The notes beneath the pieces were generated by a model. The model made no database searches. It was not told the DNA's origin and worked only from the letters and a program-made list of their open reading frames with translations. Below, in pieces: positions 58,995 through 64,000 of a stretch of 64,000 bases of DNA (the first letter of the stretch is position 1; every line of letters starts with the position of its first letter). Where the stretch lies: NCBI GenBank assembly GCA_963664395.2, contig OY761159.2, positions 3,136,001 through 3,200,000 of the forward strand, given 5' to 3'. The DNA comes from Candidatus Binatia bacterium (GTDB lineage Bacteria; Desulfobacterota; Binatia; Bin18). Both the position numbers and the translations under genes were made by a program.

Positions 58995-59792
58995 ATGGAT
59001 TTTCGTTATCTGCTGATTGAACACGATCACGGCATTTGCCGTATTACCTTGAATCGCCCCGAACGCCTGAATGCGATTAACATCCGAGTCGGCCTGGAAC
59101 TGCTCCAGGCGCTTGAGACGTACGATTATGATGACTCGGTCCGAGCCGTTATCCTGACCGGGGCGGGGCGGGCCTTCTGTGCCGGTGACGATCTCAAGGG
59201 CATGGCCGAACCCGACCAACCGGAACGGCGATTCGCAGATACGGTGAAGCACTACGTCCAGGGCGAAGGCCGCTGGCCCCTCGTTGTGGCCAAGATGCGC
59301 GCCCTGTCCAAGCCGGTCATTGGCATGATTAACGGGCACGCGCACGGGGCGGGCTTTAACCTTGCTCTGGGCTGTGACCTGCGGGTGATGGCCGATTCGG
59401 CAACCCTGTGCATTCCGTTCGTCAAGCGCGGTATTGCGACCGGCACCAGCCTGCTGCAACAGTTTGTTGGTATTGGCAAAGCAATGGAGTGGGCGTTGCT
59501 CGGACCCCAGCTCTCCGCTCGGGAAGCGGAACGCTGGGGCCTGGTCAATCGTGTGGTGCCCTTAGAAAAACTGGAAGAGGCTACGCTGGAACTCGCTGGC
59601 GCATTAGCCCAAGGACCGACGCAAACCTACGGCTTTACCAAGTCGGCTGTCATTCATGGTTGGGAGGCCCCACCCGAACGGGCGTACGAATACCAGGGTC
59701 AGGCTTTTCTGCTGTCACACCAGACAGAAGATTTTCAGGAAGGCCGGCAGGCCTTCCTCGAAAAACGTCCAGCGCGTTTTCAGGGGCGGTGA
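58995..59792 (+). CDS. Enoyl-CoA hydratase/isomerase family protein
   Basis: LNRPERLNA, AFCAGDDL, NGHAHGAG and AFLEKRP.F.G motifs. Confidence 0.92.
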   Translation: MDFRYLLIEHDHGICRITLNRPERLNAINIRVGLELLQALETYDYDDSVRAVILTGAGRAFCAGDDLKGMAEPDQPERRFADTVKHYVQGEGRWPLVVAKMRALSKPVIGMINGHAHGAGFNLALGCDLRVMADSATLCIPFVKRGIATGTSLLQQFVGIGKAMEWALLGPQLSAREAERWGLVNRVVPLEKLEEATLELAGALAQGPTQTYGFTKSAVIHGWEAPPERAYEYQGQAFLLSHQTEDFQEGRQAFLEKRPARFQGR

Positions 59793-59829
59793 AGCTGTTC
59801 GTATGAGACTCGTCACGCCGAGCTTCGGT

Positions 59830-59960
59830 ACCCACCCCGGCGCTACGCGCCACCCCCTTCGACTGGGCTCAGGACAGGCCTCCAAGGAGGGGATGGGGAA
59901 ATCCGTAACCCAAAGGACCCGACCCAACGACTCAATAGACTCCATGACTCAATCGACCCG
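59830..59960. repeat. Composite extragenic repeat (left copy)
   Basis: ACCCACCCCGGC..GCCACCCC[insert]CTCCAAGGAGGGGATGGGGA plus GAC(T/C)CAA short repeats. Confidence 0.75.
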
Positions 59961-59987
59961 AATCCGTTCTCACAACAGGAGCGTCAC

Positions 59988-60968
59988 ATGACGAAACAGA
60001 ACACCATCGTTTTTCTTCACTCCCGCGGGTTAGTACCGCCCGAGGTTATTCACATGGTCAATGAGCAGTTGCCGCCGGGCTTTCTCATCGACTTTTTGGA
60101 GCAAAACTCTCCAGCCGACACGCGATTGGAGAAAATATCGCACGCCGACTTTATGCTGGCGTATCCGGGCAATCCTTCTGCTGACGAACTGAACGGGGCA
60201 AAACAGCTCAAGCTGTTTCAGATGTTGAGTGCGGGCTATGAATGGATCGACCTGGATCTTTTTCAAAAACTTGGGGTGCCGGTTGCCAATAACGGCGGAG
60301 CCAACGCGCCAACCGTGGCCGAGCATGCCATTCTCTTAATCTTGGCTGTCTTCAAAAAACTTCCCCTCCACCACAACACCCTGCACGCGGGAAAATGGCT
60401 CGGCGCGCAGGAGACTCTACGCATGCGTGAGTTACGCGGCAAGACTGTGGGGATCGTTGGTTTCGGGCGTATCGGCCAAGAGCTGGCACGGATTGCCAAA
60501 GGGTTTCAGGCGAACATTATCTATTGTGACGCTGTCCGGGCTCCGACTTCTGTCGAGCAAGAGGTTGGTGCCGAGCGGCTGGCGCTTGACGACCTCTTGC
60601 GACAAGCGGATGTGGTTTCTGTTCATACGCCGCTGACGGCTGAGACAAAGGGACTCATAAACGCCCGGACGCTCGGCTTGATGAAACCCTCGGCGATTCT
60701 GGTCAATACCTCACGCGGACCGGTTATCGACGAACCCGCCCTCATCGAAGCGCTACGAAACAATCGCCTCGCTGGGGCCGGGCTGGACGTTTTTACTGCC
60801 GAGCCGCTGGAAACCGACAGCCCGCTGTTATCGCTGGACAATGTCGTGCTGACCTCGCATATCGCCGGAGTAACGCTGGACACCTGGAGTCGCCGGATCG
60901 CGTTCGGCTTTGCCAATATCGAACGGGTTGCTGCGGGCCAGCCGCCGGAATCGGTGATTACGGGGTAG
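59988..60968 (+). CDS. D-2-hydroxyacid dehydrogenase family protein
   Basis: VAEHA, GIVGFGRIG, NTSRG, GAGLDVF..EP and SHIAG motifs. Confidence 0.93.
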   Translation: MTKQNTIVFLHSRGLVPPEVIHMVNEQLPPGFLIDFLEQNSPADTRLEKISHADFMLAYPGNPSADELNGAKQLKLFQMLSAGYEWIDLDLFQKLGVPVANNGGANAPTVAEHAILLILAVFKKLPLHHNTLHAGKWLGAQETLRMRELRGKTVGIVGFGRIGQELARIAKGFQANIIYCDAVRAPTSVEQEVGAERLALDDLLRQADVVSVHTPLTAETKGLINARTLGLMKPSAILVNTSRGPVIDEPALIEALRNNRLAGAGLDVFTAEPLETDSPLLSLDNVVLTSHIAGVTLDTWSRRIAFGFANIERVAAGQPPESVITG

Positions 60969-60975
60969 GGAAGGC

Positions 60976-61064
60976 GTTGGGTCGGTTGGGTCTATTGAGT
61001 CGGTTGAGTCATGAAGCCTCCCCATCCCCTCCTTGGAGGGGTGGCCCGAAGGGCCGGGGTGGGT
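60976..61064. repeat. Composite extragenic repeat (right copy, inverted)
   Basis: TTG(A/G)GTC short repeats, then TCCCCATCCCCTCCTTGGAGGGGTGGC..GCCGGGGTGGGT. Confidence 0.75.
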
Positions 61065-61084
61065 CAATGGGGTATGGCGTATCA

Positions 61085-61780
61085 ATGTCGTGGTTGGGCT
61101 ATATATTTGCCATTCGCTTTATTGTTGGCTTCCTCTCAAGCCTTGGACTCGTTGTCTCTGCCAGCGTGACTGCTGCGCGCGCAGCCGACCTTGAACACCA
61201 CGTCCACAGACTGGTCAACGAGCACCGGACGGCGCAAGGATTGAGCCCCTTGGCCTTCAATCCGGAAGTTTCTGCCATTGCCCGCCGCCATAGTCAGGAT
61301 ATGGCAACCGGGCGGGTAGGGTTTAGTCACGGAGGATTTGAAAGTCGCAGGAAAAAGATAGCCGGATTCATTGCTCAACCCGGGGTTGGCGAGAATGTTG
61401 CCATGGTTCCAGTAGGATCATTCCATGTCGGAGCTGTCGCCGTCTCTAATTGGTTGGAAAGTCCAGGCCACCGGCGCAATATTGAAGGCGCGTATGAGCT
61501 GACGGGAGTTGGCATTGCTCAGGGGCCGACCGGAGCGTACTATTTTACTCAACTCTTTGTGAGGTCACCATCTTATCGTCCGGGAACCTCTGGAAGCGAT
61601 ACACCGTATACGCGGTCTGGACCCGCGCCGCGTGACAGAAAGAGCGAGCCGCGAGTCGTCGAAACCCGACGGCCGGATAGTTATACGCGTCCACAAAGAA
61701 AACCGCGCCGCGAAAAAGACCCGCGTAAGCGCCCAGGACGAAAAAGAACTGCGGATGGATGGGTCCAGACGCTGGATTAA
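61085..61780 (+). CDS. CAP (SCP-like) domain secreted protein
   Basis: VNEHR...L..L, ARRHSQDM, GENVA, WLESPGHRRNI and YFTQLF; start codon uncertain. Confidence 0.88.
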   Translation: MSWLGYIFAIRFIVGFLSSLGLVVSASVTAARAADLEHHVHRLVNEHRTAQGLSPLAFNPEVSAIARRHSQDMATGRVGFSHGGFESRRKKIAGFIAQPGVGENVAMVPVGSFHVGAVAVSNWLESPGHRRNIEGAYELTGVGIAQGPTGAYYFTQLFVRSPSYRPGTSGSDTPYTRSGPAPRDRKSEPRVVETRRPDSYTRPQRKPRREKDPRKRPGRKRTADGWVQTLD

Positions 61781-61832
61781 ACCGGGCCGGCGAATCCGGC
61801 GTCCGTCCGGTCCGCTTACTATTGCGTGAGGC

Positions 61833-62975
61833 TCAATAGTCCCGCAGCCGCGCCCAGCGGTCCCGATGCCAGGCGGCATCGCCAAAGGTCATCTCCGCGG
61901 CACGGGCGCGTTTCATATACAGGCCGGCATCGTGCTCGTCGGTCATGCCGGTGCCGCCGTGCATTTGGACCCCTTCGTTGGTCGCCAAGACAAAGGCGTT
62001 GGAGCAACGGGCTTTGGCCAGGGAGACCAGCAGGGCCAGATCACTCTCGCCGGCATCCGCGGCGTTTGCCGCGGCCATGACGACCGAGCGACACAGTTCA
62101 ATCTCCATAAAAACGTTTGCCGCTCGATGCTTGAGGGCCTGAAATGAGCCGATGACCACCCCGAATTGTTCACGCGTCTTGAGGTAGTCGAGCGTATCCT
62201 CGAAAATCTGACTCATCCCGCCCAGCATCTCGGCACATAGGCCGATCGTGGCGAGATCAACAATATACGAGAGCGTCTGAAAGCCTTGGCCGACTGTCCC
62301 GACAATGGACTCGGCACCACCTTTCACCCCATCAAGATTGACCAGCGCCGCGGCCCGACCGTCAACCCGGGTCTGGGGAATGAGCGCCACGCCGGGCGTG
62401 TCCGGTGCAATCAGAAAAAGGGTGATACCGTCCTGGTCGTTGTCTTCGCCGCTGGTGCGGGCCGAGACAATCAGCGCGTCCGCGTTCTGTCCGTCCAGGA
62501 CCTGAATTTTTTCGCCCGACAGTCTCCAGGCGTCTCCCTCGGCTGTCGCCCGCGTGGCAACGCGGTTCAGGGCGTAGCGGCTACGTGCCTCTTGATAGGC
62601 CAGCGCAAGAATCTTTTCGCCTGTTGCGATACCTGAGAGCCAGGCCTGTTTTTGCTCAGGGCTGCCGGCGTCCGCAAGCAATTGACCGCCGAGCAGGACG
62701 GTTGAAAGAAAAGGCTCCGGAGCAAGGTTGCGTCCCACGGCTTCCAGCACAACCGCGAGGTCGGCCAGCCCCAGGCCAGCGCCGCCATATTCCTCGGGAA
62801 TCAGAATGCCGGCCCAGCCGAGTTGGGCCATCTCTTGCCACAAGTCAGGCGAAAACCCCACACTGTCTTGCCCGTCACGCAGCGCGCGAAGCCGGCTGAG
62901 CGGAGAGTTCGTGCGGACGAAATCACGCGCAGTCTGCGCCAAAAGTTCCTGATCTTCGGTCAGCACAAGTGCCAC
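61833..62975 (-). CDS. Acyl-CoA dehydrogenase (partner subunit)
   Basis: IPEEYGGAG, REQFG..IGSFQALKH and QMHGG.GMT.E motifs. Confidence 0.93.
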   Translation of the reverse strand: MALVLTEDQELLAQTARDFVRTNSPLSRLRALRDGQDSVGFSPDLWQEMAQLGWAGILIPEEYGGAGLGLADLAVVLEAVGRNLAPEPFLSTVLLGGQLLADAGSPEQKQAWLSGIATGEKILALAYQEARSRYALNRVATRATAEGDAWRLSGEKIQVLDGQNADALIVSARTSGEDNDQDGITLFLIAPDTPGVALIPQTRVDGRAAALVNLDGVKGGAESIVGTVGQGFQTLSYIVDLATIGLCAEMLGGMSQIFEDTLDYLKTREQFGVVIGSFQALKHRAANVFMEIELCRSVVMAAANAADAGESDLALLVSLAKARCSNAFVLATNEGVQMHGGTGMTDEHDAGLYMKRARAAEMTFGDAAWHRDRWARLRDY

Positions 62976-62986
62976 AATTGAGCTCC

Positions 62987-64000
62987 TTAATCGGGTAAAC
63001 CCAGCACGCGTTTGGCGATGATATTGAGTTGGATCTCGCTCGTTCCGCCCTCAATGGTATTGCCTCGGGAACGCAGCCAGTCGCGGGTGAGGGTGAGCTC
63101 AACGTCTTCGAAACCAGGTCCTTCCCAGCCCAGGGCGTGCGGACCGGCAATCGACACCAACAACTCAAGACGACGTTGGTTGAGCTCAGTCCCGTAGACC
63201 TTGAACATGGAGCTTTCCGGCCCTGGGGGCCGACCGGCCTTGGCCGCATCGCGGGCACGTTCCGTAGTGAGTCGGAAGGCGCGACTGTCCATTTCATACT
63301 GGGCCATACGATCCCTGATTGTGGAGTCCGCCACCCGCTCGCCGTCCAGTCCAAGATGCTCCTTGGCCCAGTCGCGCATGGTTCGGCCTTTGCCTGCCGT
63401 CGTGCCGAATGCCGAGGCAATCATATTGCGTTCATGATTCAGCAGGGCCTTTGCCACCGTCCAGCCTTTGTTCACTTCAAAGATGACATTCCTGGCAGGG
63501 GCCTGCACATCGGTCAAAAACGTCTCACAAAAAGGTGAGGCTCCGCTAATCAATTTAATGGGTCGGGTTTCAACCCCTGGGGACTCCATGTCTACCAATA
63601 GGAAGGTGATGCCTTCTTGTTTTTTGGCCTCCGGGTCAGTCCGAACGAGCATGAACATCCAGTCGGCCAGATTAGCAAACGAGGTCCATACCTTTTGGCC
63701 ATTAATAATATAGTGGTCGCCCTCAAGGATTGCCCGGGTTTTGAGTGACGCCAGGTCGCTGCCCGAGCCCGGTTCGGAATAACCCTGGCACCAGCGAATC
63801 TCGCCTTTGATGATCCCAGGCAGATGTTCGTGTTTTTGTTCTTCGGTACCATACTGCAAGAGGGTCGGACCAATCATGGTCAGACCGAAACCGATCAACG
63901 GCGCCGGCAAGCGCAGGGCGTTCATCTCTTGCTGCAACACCTTGGCTTCTTCTTTGGACAAACCCCCACCGCCGTACTGGGTTGGCCACTCGGGCGCAGT
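62987..64000 (-). CDS. Acyl-CoA dehydrogenase (5' end beyond window)
   Basis: WCQGYSEPGSGSDLASL, NGQKVWTS and TIEGGTSEIQ; frame open to 64000 (TAPEWPTQYGGGG). Confidence 0.93.
   Translation of the reverse strand, partial: TAPEWPTQYGGGGLSKEEAKVLQQEMNALRLPAPLIGFGLTMIGPTLLQYGTEEQKHEHLPGIIKGEIRWCQGYSEPGSGSDLASLKTRAILEGDHYIINGQKVWTSFANLADWMFMLVRTDPEAKKQEGITFLLVDMESPGVETRPIKLISGASPFCETFLTDVQAPARNVIFEVNKGWTVAKALLNHERNMIASAFGTTAGKGRTMRDWAKEHLGLDGERVADSTIRDRMAQYEMDSRAFRLTTERARDAAKAGRPPGPESSMFKVYGTELNQRRLELLVSIAGPHALGWEGPGFEDVELTLTRDWLRSRGNTIEGGTSEIQLNIIAKRVLGLPD

Noticed and set aside
59906-59960. Short GACTCAA repeats as a CRISPR array
   Set aside because: Units are about 9 bp, degenerate and without spacers; no cas genes present.

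Overview
Bacterial chromosomal window, GC-rich and dominated by catabolic enzymes: five luciferase-like monooxygenases (LLM), two Baeyer-Villiger monooxygenases, two family-III CoA transferases, two amidohydrolases, an acyl-CoA dehydrogenase pair and crotonyl-CoA carboxylase/reductase. Housekeeping-type genes are ilvD and oxyR-katA. This repertoire and the REP-type repeats resemble Binatia/Tectomicrobia-like marine or host-associated bacteria (inference only). The first ~41 kb is an accessory zone under heavy decay, with about 15 truncated, internally deleted or chimeric genes, IS6 remnants, a 91-bp MITE with a perfect TSD, a RAYT remnant and REP doublets. The best candidates for undescribed systems are: (i) an orphan three-gene membrane module (unknown membrane protein + CoxIII/NorE-like + CoxIV/NorF-like) with no catalytic oxidase subunits nearby; (ii) two adjacent CmcJ/NvfI-oxygenase + GFA pairs partly bracketed by IS6 ends; (iii) a tight CoA-transferase/TPP enzyme/FAD oxidoreductase/ccr/GNAT operon; (iv) an AT-richer defence islet with a SmaI-like restriction-modification system, an atypical HTH regulator and an OLD-like ATPase-TOPRIM protein. 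I saw no rRNA, tRNA or CRISPR array. All family calls come from motif recognition, not database searches.
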